Shown: positions 38,212 to 48,979, counted from the stretch's first letter. The stretch: 64,000 bases of DNA from Candidatus Eiseniibacteriota bacterium (GCA_044229145.1 JBGATO010000001.1:32001-96000); one strand, 5' to 3'. Program-made: numbers and translations. The notes: a model not told the origin generated them from the sequence alone.

Positions 38212-40435
38212 GCCGCGAGGTCCGGTCGTCGGCCTGGCGTCCCGCCGGGAACATCTGCTCGCGATCCACCGCGTTGACGCCCGGCACGCTCTCGACCTCG
38301 CGGATCACGCGCTCCAAGTGCGCGAGGTTGGTGACGCCGACCACGAACTCGCCACGCGCCTCGATCCCGCCATCGCCGCCGCCCATTTCGACGTTCTTGA
38401 TATTGGTGGCGGTCTTCGAGATTGCCGCCGCGATGTCGGCGAGCAGCGACTTACGGTCGCGGCCGTACACCACGAGCTTGACGTAGAAGCTGGCGGTCGG
38501 CTCGACGTCCCATTCGACCGGCAGCTTGCGATCGGCTTCGACACGATCGGGAAACGTGTTCGGGCAGTCGATGCGGTGGACGCTGACACCGCGGCCGCGC
38601 GTCACGATGCCGATCACCTGGTCGCCCGGCACCGGCTGGCAACACTTGGCGAACGAGAGCAGCAGATTGCTGACGTTCTGAATGCGGATGCCGCCGGTGT
38701 GGGTGCCGGCCGCCGGTTGGCTCGACGGCTTCTTCTCCACTGCCGGCGCGGGTTCGCTCGGCGGGTGCAGCTTGTCGGCGACATGTCCGGCCGAGAGATT
38801 CCCCTTGCCCACCGCGGCCAGCAGCGCGGTGCCGTCGACGTGGCCGAACGCCTGCGCGACATCGCCGAGTTCGCGTTCGTTCGGCAGTTTGACGTGGCGT
38901 TTGCGCAGCTCGCGATCCAGCATGTCGCGGCCGAGACCGACCGCTTCCACCATCTGCTCTTGCTTGAGCCAGCGGCGAATCTTTCCCTTGGCGTGCGTGC
39001 TGCGCACCAGGCGCAGCCATTCCGGCCGCGGCCGCGCCTCGCGCTGCGTGATGATCTCGACCTTCTCGCCGCTCTTGAGTTGATAGCGCAGCGGCACGAT
39101 GTGCCCTTCGACCTTCGCGCCGACGGTGCGATGGCCGACGTCAGTGTGGATCAAGTACGCGAGGTCGAGCGGCGTCGAGCCCTTGGGCAACTGCTTGAGA
39201 TCGCCCTTCGGCGTGAAGACGAAGACTTCGTCCTGATAGAGCGAGGTCTTCAGGAACTCGAGGAAGTCGTCGGGGTCGGTGGTGTCGGAGTGCCAGCCGG
39301 TGGCTTCGGCCATGAAGCCGCCGAGTTTGCGCTGCACCTCACGATCGGCGCGCGTGCCTTCCTTGTAGCTGTAGTGCGCGGCGATGCCGAGCTCCGCGGT
39401 GCGGTGCATGTCGCGGGTGCGGATCTGCACTTCGACGTTCTCGCCGCGCGGACCGACGACCGTGGTGTGCAGCGACTGGTACATGTTCGACTTCGGCGTC
39501 GCGATGTAGTCCTTGAAGCGATCCGGCACCGGCGTGAACACATCGTGCACGACGCCGAGTGCGCGGTAGCAGTCCGCCTTGGACTCGGTGATCACGCGCA
39601 CGCCGAGGAGGTCGTAGACTTCATCGAGGCCGCGCCCTTGCTCGTCGAGTTTCTTCTGCACCGAATAGAAATGCTTCGGGCGGCCGAGCACCTCCGCCTT
39701 CACGCCGTTTTCCGCCAGCATCTCGACCAGCGGATCGCGCACTTCGTCGATCTTGTCTTGGCGTTCGGCGCGCGTCGAATGGAACGCTTCCTTGAGCGCA
39801 CGATACTTGGTGGACTCGAGATACTTGAACGACAGGTCCTCGAGTTCCCACTTGATCTGTCCGATGCCGAGGCGGTGCGCGAGCGGCGCGTAAACGTCGA
39901 GCGTCTCGCGCGCGATGCGCTGCTGCTTCTCCGGATCGAGCGCGCCGAGCGTGCGCATGTTGTGGAGACGGTCCGCGAGTTTGATCAAGATCACGCGGAT
40001 GTCCTTCGACATGCTGAGCAGCATCTTGCGGAAGTTCTCCGCCTGCGCCGCCTGTGGCGTGCGGTGCTTGACGGTGGAGATCTTGGTGACGCCATCGACC
40101 AACAGCGCGACTTCCTCGCCGAAGCCGCGTTGCACTTCGGCGAGCTTGATGTGCGTGTCCTCGACGACGTCGTGCAGAATCGTCGCGGCGAGCAGCGTGG
40201 TGTCGCAGCGGCGGTCGAGCAGTTGCAGCAGGATGCGCGCGACCTCGTAGGGATGCACGATGTACGGTTCGCCGCTCTTGCGCGTCTGCGTGCCGTGCGC
40301 GTGCGCCGAGATCATGAACGCGCGATGCAGGGTCGAGAGTTGGAGGCCCGGACTGTACGCGCGCATCTCGTCGCGCAACTGCGCCCAGAGTTCGTCGACC
40401 AGCGGTGGCAGGACGACCGGCGTGTCGTCGCTCAT
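38204..40435 (-). CDS. rel: Bifunctional (p)ppGpp synthetase/hydrolase (long RSH)
   Basis: RKSGEPYIVHP, LHDVVED, KLADRLHNMRT, RPKH, YQSLHT, TGS (VFTPKG), CC.PVPGD, ACT domain. Confidence 0.96.
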   Translation of the reverse strand: MSDDTPVVLPPLVDELWAQLRDEMRAYSPGLQLSTLHRAFMISAHAHGTQTRKSGEPYIVHPYEVARILLQLLDRRCDTTLLAATILHDVVEDTHIKLAEVQRGFGEEVALLVDGVTKISTVKHRTPQAAQAENFRKMLLSMSKDIRVILIKLADRLHNMRTLGALDPEKQQRIARETLDVYAPLAHRLGIGQIKWELEDLSFKYLESTKYRALKEAFHSTRAERQDKIDEVRDPLVEMLAENGVKAEVLGRPKHFYSVQKKLDEQGRGLDEVYDLLGVRVITESKADCYRALGVVHDVFTPVPDRFKDYIATPKSNMYQSLHTTVVGPRGENVEVQIRTRDMHRTAELGIAAHYSYKEGTRADREVQRKLGGFMAEATGWHSDTTDPDDFLEFLKTSLYQDEVFVFTPKGDLKQLPKGSTPLDLAYLIHTDVGHRTVGAKVEGHIVPLRYQLKSGEKVEIITQREARPRPEWLRLVRSTHAKGKIRRWLKQEQMVEAVGLGRDMLDRELRKRHVKLPNERELGDVAQAFGHVDGTALLAAVGKGNLSAGHVADKLHPPSEPAPAVEKKPSSQPAAGTHTGGIRIQNVSNLLLSFAKCCQPVPGDQVIGIVTRGRGVSVHRIDCPNTFPDRVEADRKLPVEWDVEPTASFYVKLVVYGRDRKSLLADIAAAISKTATNIKNVEMGGGDGGIEARGEFVVGVTNLAHLERVIREVESVPGVNAVDREQMFPAGRQADDRTSRRG

Positions 40436-42120
40436 GCGGCGTCGTCGCCGGGCGGCGTGGCGACCAAGTCGCGCACCTTGAGTTCCACCGCGGTGCCGCG
40501 GATGCGGGACCCGGCCACCGGCGTCGCCGCGAGTACGACACGCGGCCCGCTGTCGATCCACGCGGCGTGACGCGCCAAGCCGACGCCGAGACACTCCACC
40601 ATGGCGCCGTGCCGATGGGCGCGGAAGCGCACGGCGTTGCGCCCGACGAACTGCACCGGGCCGCTCACCCGCACGTCCGGGAACGTGAACAACGGTTCCG
40701 GATGGCCAGTGCCGAACGGGCCGAGTTCGCCGATCGCCGACGCCATCGCGGCGTCGCAGTCTTCCAGCGCGATCGAGCCTTCGAGGACCAGCGGCATGCG
40801 GCGCGACGGCTCCGGCGCGGCGGCGGCCACCGCCGCCTCGAAGGTGTGCCGGAATGCCGGCAGATCCGCGCGGCGCAACGTGAAGCCGGCCGCCACGGCA
40901 TGACCGCCGTACGCATGCACGACGCTGCCGCACGCCGACAGCACTGCCGGCAAGTCGAGGCCGGCCGGGGCGCGCGCCGAGCCCTTGCCCTCGTCCCCGC
41001 GCCACACGATCAGTGCCACCGGACGCTGCCCCTCCTCGAGCAAGCGCGCCGCGGCAATGCCGAGCACCGCCGGATGCCATTCGGCCGAATCGGCGACCAG
41101 CGTGCGCGCCCCGTGTTGCGCTTCGGCGGCGCGCTGCGCGTCGCGCACCACGCCCTCGGCGAGGCGGCGACGCAGCCGGTTGTCGTCCTCGAGCTGCCGC
41201 GCCAGCAAGTGTGCCTCGCGGCGGTCCGGCGTCATCAGGAGGCGCAACGCCGACTGTGCGTGCCCGAGCCGCCCCGCCGCATTGATGCGCGGCGCCAGCG
41301 TCAGCATGACCACCGCGCTGTCGAGCACGCGATCGTCGCGGCTGCACACGTCGCGCAGTGCCGCCAGCCCCACGCGCTGCCCTTGGCGCATCACCTGCAA
41401 GCCGAGGCGCGTCAGGATACGGTTCTCGCCGACCAGCGGCATCGAGTCGGCGAGCGTGCCGAGCGCCACCAGATCGAGATGCCGGTCCACGTAGCGCGGA
41501 CTGCGGCCAAGCGCCACGAACAACGCCTGCGCGACACGGAAGGCGACCCCGACCGCCGCGAGTTCCGCGAAGCCATATTGCGAGTCAGGCCGCCGCGGAT
41601 TCACCACCGCGAGCGCATCGGGCAGCGCCGCATGCGGCTGATGGTGATCGACCACGATCACGTCGATGCCGGCGCGCCCCGCTTCGGCAATGGTGTCCAC
41701 CGAGGCCGTGCCACTGTCCGCGACCACCACCACATGGATGTCGAGCCGCTGCGCCAGCGCCAACCCGGCGAGCGTGAATCCGTGCCCCTCGCGGGCGCGG
41801 TCCGGAATCGCGCACACTGCTTGCCCACCCGCCTCGCGCAGCGCCGACGCCAGCAACGCGGCGGCGGTCACGCCGTCGACGTCGTAGTCGCCGAGCACCA
41901 GCACCGTCTCCTGCGTGTGCACGGCACGGACCAAGCGTGCGACCGCGACATCCATGTCAGGCAACCCGAAGGGATCGGGGAGATCCTCGACGCTGGGCGC
42001 GAGCAAGGCGCGGATGGCGTGCGGGTCGCGGATGCCGCGTTCGGCGAGCACGTGCGCGACGAGCGGGTGCAGCGGCTGGGCGCCGCCGCCGTTCGTGTCA
42101 CGCCGATCTGTCGTCAACAT
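40432..42120 (-). CDS. recJ: Single-stranded-DNA exonuclease RecJ
   Basis: GDYDVDG, DHH, ALGTLAD, PRINAAGR, KGSAR, GGH..AAG. Confidence 0.95.
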   Translation of the reverse strand: MLTTDRRDTNGGGAQPLHPLVAHVLAERGIRDPHAIRALLAPSVEDLPDPFGLPDMDVAVARLVRAVHTQETVLVLGDYDVDGVTAAALLASALREAGGQAVCAIPDRAREGHGFTLAGLALAQRLDIHVVVVADSGTASVDTIAEAGRAGIDVIVVDHHQPHAALPDALAVVNPRRPDSQYGFAELAAVGVAFRVAQALFVALGRSPRYVDRHLDLVALGTLADSMPLVGENRILTRLGLQVMRQGQRVGLAALRDVCSRDDRVLDSAVVMLTLAPRINAAGRLGHAQSALRLLMTPDRREAHLLARQLEDDNRLRRRLAEGVVRDAQRAAEAQHGARTLVADSAEWHPAVLGIAAARLLEEGQRPVALIVWRGDEGKGSARAPAGLDLPAVLSACGSVVHAYGGHAVAAGFTLRRADLPAFRHTFEAAVAAAAPEPSRRMPLVLEGSIALEDCDAAMASAIGELGPFGTGHPEPLFTFPDVRVSGPVQFVGRNAVRFRAHRHGAMVECLGVGLARHAAWIDSGPRVVLAATPVAGSRIRGTAVELKVRDLVATPPGDDAA

Positions 42121-42189
42121 GCAGTGCCCTCCGCGGAGCACGCTCCCGTGTACGGCATCGCGACGCGCCGGGGAAGCGCGCGCCGCGAC

Positions 42190-42564
<375 letters not shown>

Positions 42565-42622
42565 GCCGCGACGCGTGTCCCTGCCGCATGCGATGCGGCG
42601 ACGACACGGAGCGGCGCACAGC

Positions 42623-43096
42623 TCAGCGGCGTGACAGCCCGCTGTCGACGCCTTGATTCGCGAGGGCGTCGGCCTCGCCGTTCTGTTCGCGCGGCACGTG
42701 ATGGAAGCGGCAGCGGGCGAACTTCCGCGCCAATGAACCCGCCTGCTCCCAGAGCGGCCGCAATTGCGCGTTCTTGACCTTGTAGAGGCCTTCCATCTGC
42801 CGCACGACGAGCTGGCTATCCATGTACACATCGACCTCGCGGCCGCCCAACTCCAGGGCGCGCTGCAGGCCGCGGATCACCGCCGTGTACTCGGCGCGGT
42901 TGTTGGTGCCGGTGCCGAGGTACTCGGCGACCTCGCCGATGACTTCGCCGCTCGCAAGCTTGACCACGGCGCCCGCACCGCTCGGGCCGGGATTGCCGCG
43001 GCTCGCGCCGTCGGCCCAGATGTTCATGCGCTGCGCGGGACCGATCTCGTCGGTGCCGGCGAACCCGAGGCGTGTCTGCGCGCCGTCGGCGCTCAC
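42623..43096 (-). CDS. rnhA: Ribonuclease HI (actinobacterial/archaeal type)
   Basis: DGASRGNPG, TNNRAEY, DSQLVVRQM.G.YKVK, HVPREQN..AD. Confidence 0.93.
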   Translation of the reverse strand: MSADGAQTRLGFAGTDEIGPAQRMNIWADGASRGNPGPSGAGAVVKLASGEVIGEVAEYLGTGTNNRAEYTAVIRGLQRALELGGREVDVYMDSQLVVRQMEGLYKVKNAQLRPLWEQAGSLARKFARCRFHHVPREQNGEADALANQGVDSGLSRR

Positions 43097-43809
43097 GCGA
43101 GCGCCCCGATCGTCTCGTCGGCGACCAGGATGCGGCCGCAGTCGTCGCAGTCGTGCAGTTCGAGGCGCTTGACGCGGGTGAGCGTCTGCGGCGGCACCTG
43201 CGCACGGCAGGAGCCACAGGCGCCGTCGCGCACCACCGAGATCGCGGTGTCCTTGCGGGCGCGCAAGATGCGCTCGTAGCGGCTCATCCAGTCGGGTCGC
43301 ACCGCGGCCGCCGCGGTGGCGCGCACGGCTTCCTCGGCGGCGATCTCGGACTCCAGCTTCGCAAGCTCGCCGCGCAGCCGGGCGATCTCCGCTTCGTGTC
43401 CGCCACGCGTCTCGGCCAGCGTCTTCTCCGCGTCCTTGAGTGCCGCCGCCGCGTGCTCTTCGAGTTCGAAGAGGCCGAGGACGCGCGTTTCGGCGGTGTC
43501 GCGTTGCTTCACGCGCGCGTCGATCTCGTGCACCAGCGCGGCGTACTCGTCGTTCTTCTTGACCTGCTGGAGCTGGGTCTCGAAGCGGCGACGCTCGCCT
43601 TCGAGCTCTTCGACCCGGCGCTCTTCCGCACGTCGATCGTGGATGGCCTTGTCGCGCTGCGCGACGTAGCCGTCGCGCACCTTCACGGCCTCCGCGATCT
43701 TGCCCTCCACCTTGGCGATGAAGCGCGGCAACTCCGCCGCCATCTCCCGCAATTCGTGGAGACGGGCGTCGTGCCGGTGGACGGTGAACAGTGCGGCGAA
43801 ATCGCTCAT
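43093..43809 (-). CDS. C4-type zinc-ribbon coiled-coil protein (CT398/DUF164-like)
   Basis: Long coiled coil, 'KKNDEYAAL..EI', YERI, CGSC...CDDCGRIL; upstream of rnhA-rnpB. Confidence 0.9.
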   Translation of the reverse strand: MSDFAALFTVHRHDARLHELREMAAELPRFIAKVEGKIAEAVKVRDGYVAQRDKAIHDRRAEERRVEELEGERRRFETQLQQVKKNDEYAALVHEIDARVKQRDTAETRVLGLFELEEHAAAALKDAEKTLAETRGGHEAEIARLRGELAKLESEIAAEEAVRATAAAAVRPDWMSRYERILRARKDTAISVVRDGACGSCRAQVPPQTLTRVKRLELHDCDDCGRILVADETIGALA

Positions 43810-43848
43810 GGGACCTCGGAAATGGCGACGTGACAACGATCTAGGGCG

Positions 43849-43877
43849 ACAGTACGGCCCCGCACGCCGCCTGTCAA
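43849..43877 (-). promoter_or_regulatory. Sigma70-type promoter for zinc ribbon-rnhA-rnpB
   Basis: TTGACA-N17-TACTGT. Confidence 0.7.
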
Positions 43878-43909
43878 GGCGAGCCGCGGCGATTTCGTGG
43901 CCCCTCCGC

Positions 43910-43934
43910 CACCGGGATCGCGTGGATCCCGGTG
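43910..43934. repeat. Perfect 10 bp inverted repeat upstream of the fibre gene
   Basis: CACCGGGATC-N5-GATCCCGGTG. Confidence 0.6.
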
Positions 43935-44012
43935 ACAGCGCGCGTTCGCCGCGCCGCGCCGGCCCTCACGGCCGGTCCATCCGACAGCTCCCCGCTGCCA
44001 AGGAGGATCGCA

Positions 44013-45683
44013 GTGCATCCCACCCGTTTCGTGTTCGCCGCCGTCGTCGCCGTCGCGCTCGCCGCTGCCGCGCCGTGCGCCGTCCCGCCGGCGCGCGCCG
44101 TCTCCTGCGCCACCGACTGGACCTTCACCTACCAGGGTCAGATCAAGAACGGCGGCGTGCCGATGACCGGCACCGCCGACCTCATCTTCCGTCTCTACGA
44201 TGCCGCCTCGGGCGGCTCGCAGGTAGGCGTCACGCTCACCCAGAACGGCGTGGCGGTGAACGACGGCGTGTTCACCACGCGGCTCGATTTCACCAACGGC
44301 GGCGCGGTGTCCGGCGTGTTCACCGGGTGCGCGCGCTTTCTCGACATCACGGTCAACGGCACGCCGCTGACGCCGCGCCAAGAGGTCACCACGGCAGTCC
44401 CGCACGCGGCGTTCGCCGATCAGTTGAAGCTGCCGTACGCCGGCACCACCGACGCGGGATACGCGGTGCAGTTGACGAACACCGCGAACGTCGCGCAGTC
44501 GCGCACGCTGCTCGTCACCAACACCTCGCCCGACACCGGCGCGGTGGCGATCTACGGCGAAGCGAACGGCGTCACCAACTTGAACAACACCGGCGTGCTG
44601 GGCAGGTCGTGGAGCGGCAATGGCTTTGGGGTGATCGGCGACAACGTCGCGCCGACCGGCAACTGTTCCGGCGTCTACGGCACCGTTGCCAGCCCGTCGG
44701 GTGCCGGTGTGTCGGCCATCAACTACAACGCGACCGGCGCCGGCTACGGCGTCTTCGGCATGTCGAACTCTCCGTCGGGATGGGGCGGCGGCTTCCGCGG
44801 GCGCGGCTACTTCACCGGCGATCTCGGCGTCGGCGACTCGCTGCCCGGTGCGCGGCTCGACGTGCAGGGCGGCGCCGCCGGCGGCCAGGCCTTCCGCGTG
44901 AACGGCGACTTCTACGTCAACACGAACGGCTTCGTCGGCATCGGCCGGACCACGCAGATCACGAGCGCCGAGGAGTTCGGGGTGCACTCGAGCGTCACTG
45001 CGGTCAATGGCTACGGTGGCATGTACATGGAGACTGCGGGATCTACCGCGCGGCCGTTCTACGGCTACGCCACCGCGGGCCTCGCGAAGGCGTGGACCTA
45101 CTACGACGGCAACACCGCATCGTGGCGGCTCAATAACAACGGCGATCAGATCATCGTCGACACCACCCATGGCACCGGCCTCGGCCGCACGCCGGCGGCC
45201 AACAAGCTCGAAGTCGAAGGCAATGCGTCGAAGACCACCGCCGGCTCGTGGCTCGCCAACTCGGACCGCCGCATCAAGCGCGACATCCGCACGGTGACCG
45301 GCGCGCTCGAGACGCTCGACCGCGTGCGCCTCGTCGATTTCCACTACACGCCGGACTATCTCGCCGCGCACCCCACGCTGCGCGACCGCCGCTACCACAA
45401 CGTCCTCGCGCAGGAGTTCCGCGAGGTGTTCCCGGACTACGTGCAGTCCTCCGGAGAAAAACTGGCGAACGGCGAGGAGATCCTCCAGGTCGACACCTAC
45501 CCGCTCACCATCTACAGCGCCGCGGCCGTGCAGGAACTCCACGCGCAGGTGAAGGCGAAGGACGCCGAGATCATCGCGTTGCAGTCGCGGCTGGCGCGCG
45601 TCGAGGCCGCGGTGACCGCGCTGGCGACGGCGGCGGCGCAGGCCGCAACGGTGCAGCCGGCCGCACTCGTGGGAGGACGCTAG
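44013..45683 (+). CDS. Secreted tail-fibre-like protein with a C-terminal intramolecular chaperone (Peptidase_S74/ICA) domain
   Basis: AGGAGG RBS plus GTG; Sec signal ending ARA; FTYQG N-domain; G[VI][YFL]G and VGIG/LDV.G repeats; SDRRIKRDI cleavage motif near 45261; terminal coiled coil. Confidence 0.85.
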   Translation: MHPTRFVFAAVVAVALAAAAPCAVPPARAVSCATDWTFTYQGQIKNGGVPMTGTADLIFRLYDAASGGSQVGVTLTQNGVAVNDGVFTTRLDFTNGGAVSGVFTGCARFLDITVNGTPLTPRQEVTTAVPHAAFADQLKLPYAGTTDAGYAVQLTNTANVAQSRTLLVTNTSPDTGAVAIYGEANGVTNLNNTGVLGRSWSGNGFGVIGDNVAPTGNCSGVYGTVASPSGAGVSAINYNATGAGYGVFGMSNSPSGWGGGFRGRGYFTGDLGVGDSLPGARLDVQGGAAGGQAFRVNGDFYVNTNGFVGIGRTTQITSAEEFGVHSSVTAVNGYGGMYMETAGSTARPFYGYATAGLAKAWTYYDGNTASWRLNNNGDQIIVDTTHGTGLGRTPAANKLEVEGNASKTTAGSWLANSDRRIKRDIRTVTGALETLDRVRLVDFHYTPDYLAAHPTLRDRRYHNVLAQEFREVFPDYVQSSGEKLANGEEILQVDTYPLTIYSAAAVQELHAQVKAKDAEIIALQSRLARVEAAVTALATAAAQAATVQPAALVGGR

Positions 45684-45684
45684 G

Positions 45685-46248
45685 ATGCGGGACCTCCTGC
45701 GCGGAGCCGCGCTGACGGCCTGCGCGATGCTCGCGGCGAGCGTCGCGTGGGCGCAGACCGGCGGCTCATTCGATCTCAGCTGGAATACGCTCGATGGCGG
45801 AGGCGGGCGTTCGGGCGGTGGAAGTTTCGAACTGGTCGGCACCGTCGGTCAGATCGATGCGGGCACCCACCTCGGTGGTGGCTCGGCGATGCTCGGAGGC
45901 TTCTGGAAGGGCGGAAGCGCGCTCGGCACCACGGCAATCGGCGACGACCCCGCGTCGACCGCGCTCCCCCGTGCCTTCGCAGTGCGCGGCGCGGCCCCGA
46001 ATCCGTTCGCGGCGGCGACGCAGGTGCGCTTCGACCTGCCGGACGCGCGACCGGTGCGGGTGAACGTCTACGACGTGCGCGGCGCGCTCGTCCGCACCGT
46101 GACGGACAGACAGTACGCTGCCGGCCGGCACGCGGTGCGGTGGGACGGCCGTGACGCGCAGCAGCGCTCGGTCGCGCCGGGCGTCTACTTGGTCCGCGTG
46201 TGTGCCGGCGCGGATCGACGGGAAGCGCGGCTGGTCCGCATTCCCTGA
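45685..46248 (+). CDS. Small secreted protein with a Gly-rich N-domain and a FlgD-Ig/T9SS-like C-terminal domain
   Basis: Signal AWA-Q; SWNTLDGGGG...GTVGQ...GGFW; PNPF...VYDVRG.LVR...WDGRD....PGVYLV; starts 1 nt after the fibre stop. Confidence 0.85.
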   Translation: MRDLLRGAALTACAMLAASVAWAQTGGSFDLSWNTLDGGGGRSGGGSFELVGTVGQIDAGTHLGGGSAMLGGFWKGGSALGTTAIGDDPASTALPRAFAVRGAAPNPFAAATQVRFDLPDARPVRVNVYDVRGALVRTVTDRQYAAGRHAVRWDGRDAQQRSVAPGVYLVRVCAGADRREARLVRIP

Positions 46249-46267
46249 GACGACGCCGCGCCCTCGC

Positions 46268-46300
46268 ACACCCCGGGACGTCCGCGACGTCTCGGGGTGT
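46268..46300. terminator. Hairpin between convergent genes
   Basis: ACACCCCGGGACGTC-CGC-GACGTCTCGGGGTGT, 15 bp stem with one G-U. Confidence 0.6.
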
Positions 46301-46306
46301 CGCGCA

Positions 46307-48979
46307 TCAGCGGCCGCGGGCCGCTACCGCGCTGGCCTCCGCGCTGCGGCCGTGCCGGCGCAAGAACTCCGCATACGCGACGAAGAACCCGGCGCGGCGC
46401 AAGTGCGAGCGCACCAGCGGTGCCGTGGCACCCGCGTCGATCAGGGCGAAGCGCCGCGCCGCCTCCGCCTCGCGTCCCGATGCCTCCGCGACGCGCGCCA
46501 AGGTCCACTGTGCCTGCGCGCCGTCGGCCGTCCGCACTACAGAATCCTCGTCCAGACACCGCAGCGCGAGGGTCGCGTAGCGCGCCGCCTTCGCGGCCTC
46601 GCCGCACGCGCCGGCGATGGCCGACGCATTCGCGTACGTGACGCCAAGCCCGAGGCTATCCCGCACCGGCGGCGCGCTCAAGACCGCGACCGCCTGCTCG
46701 GTGTAGCGCAGGGCCGCGCGTTCGTCCCCCATGTCGTAGAGAATCCCCGCAAGGTTGTCGGCAACCTTCGCGGTGGTCGGATGCGACGGCCCCAGGATGG
46801 TGCGAAAGCGCTCGAGGGCACGCATCTCGACGGCATGTGCGTCCGCATAGCGCTTGGCACGCCGGTATCCGAGCCCGAGATCGGCCAACGCCTCCGCGGT
46901 GTCGATGTGATCGGGACCGAGGCGCGCGAGGCAGAGGTCGCGCGCACGCTCGAGATCACGCACGGCGCCATCGACATCGTCGAGATCGAGCTTCGCGGTG
47001 CCGAGCAGCGCAAGGTCGGACGCCAAGTTGACATCACGCGGCCCGTCGAGCCGCTCGCGCGTCCGGATGCAACGCTGCAGCAACTCCACCGCGCGCGGCG
47101 TCTCGCCGGTCTGCTGCAACAGCAGCCCGTAGTTGAACAGGATGCCGGTGGCCTCGCTGGAATCGAGCCGGCTCGCAGTGGAGAGGATGTCGTAGCCGCG
47201 TTGGTAGAGGCGGCGCGCGCCATCGTAGTCGCCGGTCTCTTGCTCGAGATTCGCCAACCCGACGATCGCCGTCACGACGCCCGTATCCGACACGCCGTAG
47301 AGCGTCTCGCGGATGCGCAGCGCGCTTTCGTAGTGGGGACGCGCGGCGTCGAATTCGCCCAGACGGCGCAGCAGAGACGCCAGCGCGAGTTCGCTGCGCG
47401 CGACGTCGAGGTGGATGCCGCCGTAGACTTGGCGGCGCGTCGCCAGCGCTTGTTCGAGCAACGGGCGCGCCTCCCGGTACAGGCCGAGACCGCGATACAC
47501 CGTCCCCATGGTGGCCAGCAATCGGGCGCGCACTTCCGGTTCGTCGTGCAACTCGGTGCGGATCTTCGCCACGCCGGCGTCGAGGACTTCCCGCGCGGTC
47601 ACGGAGTTGCCGCGTTCCTCGCTGGGATCGCTCACGCGGTACATGCCTTCGAGGAAGGTGGTGACGCGTTCGGCCGTGGCGGAGGTGCGGCGCGCTGCCT
47701 CCGCCGCATGGCGCGCCTTGACCCACAGCGTCAGGGTCGCCGCGATCCCCCCGACCAGCGTGACGAACAGTGCGAGCGTCAACACGGTGGCCGCGCGATG
47801 ACGCGACGCCAGCTTGCGCAAGTGATAGAACGCCGTCGCCGGACGTGCCTCGATCGGCCGCTGCGTACGAAACCGCACGATGTCGTCGGCAAGGGCGGCC
47901 ACGCTCGCATAGCGCCGCTCGGGTTCTTTCTCGAGCGCCTTGAGCACGATCGTCTCGAGGTCGCCGGCGAGCGCGCGCACGCACTCGCTCGGGCGTCGCG
48001 GCGGCGTCTCGACAATCGCCCGCAGCGCGTGCGGCAATCCGACGCCGCGCACCGGCGTCGGCAGGTCGTCGGTCAGCATCTCGTAGAGCAGCACGCCGAG
48101 CGCGTACACGTCGCAGCGCACATCGATCTCGTCGACCGCTCCGCGCGCCTGCTCAGGGCTCATGTACGCCGGCGTGCCGAGGACCGCGCCCGCCGCGGTG
48201 AGGTGCGTCCGGTCCCCTGCATCATCCTCGATCAACCGGGCGATGCCGAAGTCGAGCACTTTGACGCGCGGAGGCGCTCCCGCCTCCTGCGTCACCATCA
48301 CGTTGGCCGGCTTGAGATCGCGGTGGATGACCCCGCGCTGATGCGCGTACTGCACCGCCTCGCACACTGCGGCGAAGAGATCGAGCCGCTGCGCGAGTCC
48401 GCGCTCCAGCGCGTCGCCAAGCGGCGGCAGCGCCCGGACGTACGCATCGAGCGGCACGCCCTCGACGTACTCGAGCGCGAAGTACGGATCGCCACCGGGC
48501 GTGGTGCCGGCCGCATGGATCTGTGCGATGCCGGGATGCCGCAAGCGCGCCAGACTTTCGATCTCGCGCTGAAACATCCGCACGCGCTGCGGATCGCCGT
48601 GGCCCGCGTTCTCGAGGACCTTGAGCGCGACGGTCCGTGCCGGTGCGTGTTGCGTCGCTTCGTAGACGGCTGCCATGCCGCCGCGCGCCACCAGACGCAC
48701 GATCGTGTACTCGCCGAGCCGTGTGCCCGCCGGCAATCCGTCGGGCGCCGGATCGACTGCCGCGACCAAGGCCGCCGCGTGGATGCCGGCCGCGTCGTCG
48801 AGAAAGCTGCCGGTGTCGGTCACCGCATCGTGCGCCGCGAGCAGCGAGGCGACCTCCGCGCGCAGGCCGCCGTCCCCGCCGCACGCCTCATCCAGCGCCG
48901 CGGCGCGATCCGCCAGGGGACGCTCCGCAAGGTCTTCCACCAGCGCGCGCACGCGCGCCCAGCGCGCCGCGTCACTCAC
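46307..48979 (-). CDS. Hanks-type Ser/Thr kinase with a TM segment and C-terminal TPR repeats
   Basis: RGGMAAVY, VALK, HRDLKPAN, DFGIA, GTPAYMSPEQ, DVYALG; TM VLTLALFVTLVGGIAATL; TPR repeats (EQAL..R, YESALRIR..LYG); GTGA coupled to the ECF gene. Confidence 0.93.
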   Translation of the reverse strand: MSDAARWARVRALVEDLAERPLADRAAALDEACGGDGGLRAEVASLLAAHDAVTDTGSFLDDAAGIHAAALVAAVDPAPDGLPAGTRLGEYTIVRLVARGGMAAVYEATQHAPARTVALKVLENAGHGDPQRVRMFQREIESLARLRHPGIAQIHAAGTTPGGDPYFALEYVEGVPLDAYVRALPPLGDALERGLAQRLDLFAAVCEAVQYAHQRGVIHRDLKPANVMVTQEAGAPPRVKVLDFGIARLIEDDAGDRTHLTAAGAVLGTPAYMSPEQARGAVDEIDVRCDVYALGVLLYEMLTDDLPTPVRGVGLPHALRAIVETPPRRPSECVRALAGDLETIVLKALEKEPERRYASVAALADDIVRFRTQRPIEARPATAFYHLRKLASRHRAATVLTLALFVTLVGGIAATLTLWVKARHAAEAARRTSATAERVTTFLEGMYRVSDPSEERGNSVTAREVLDAGVAKIRTELHDEPEVRARLLATMGTVYRGLGLYREARPLLEQALATRRQVYGGIHLDVARSELALASLLRRLGEFDAARPHYESALRIRETLYGVSDTGVVTAIVGLANLEQETGDYDGARRLYQRGYDILSTASRLDSSEATGILFNYGLLLQQTGETPRAVELLQRCIRTRERLDGPRDVNLASDLALLGTAKLDLDDVDGAVRDLERARDLCLARLGPDHIDTAEALADLGLGYRRAKRYADAHAVEMRALERFRTILGPSHPTTAKVADNLAGILYDMGDERAALRYTEQAVAVLSAPPVRDSLGLGVTYANASAIAGACGEAAKAARYATLALRCLDEDSVVRTADGAQAQWTLARVAEASGREAEAARRFALIDAGATAPLVRSHLRRAGFFVAYAEFLRRHGRSAEASAVAARGR

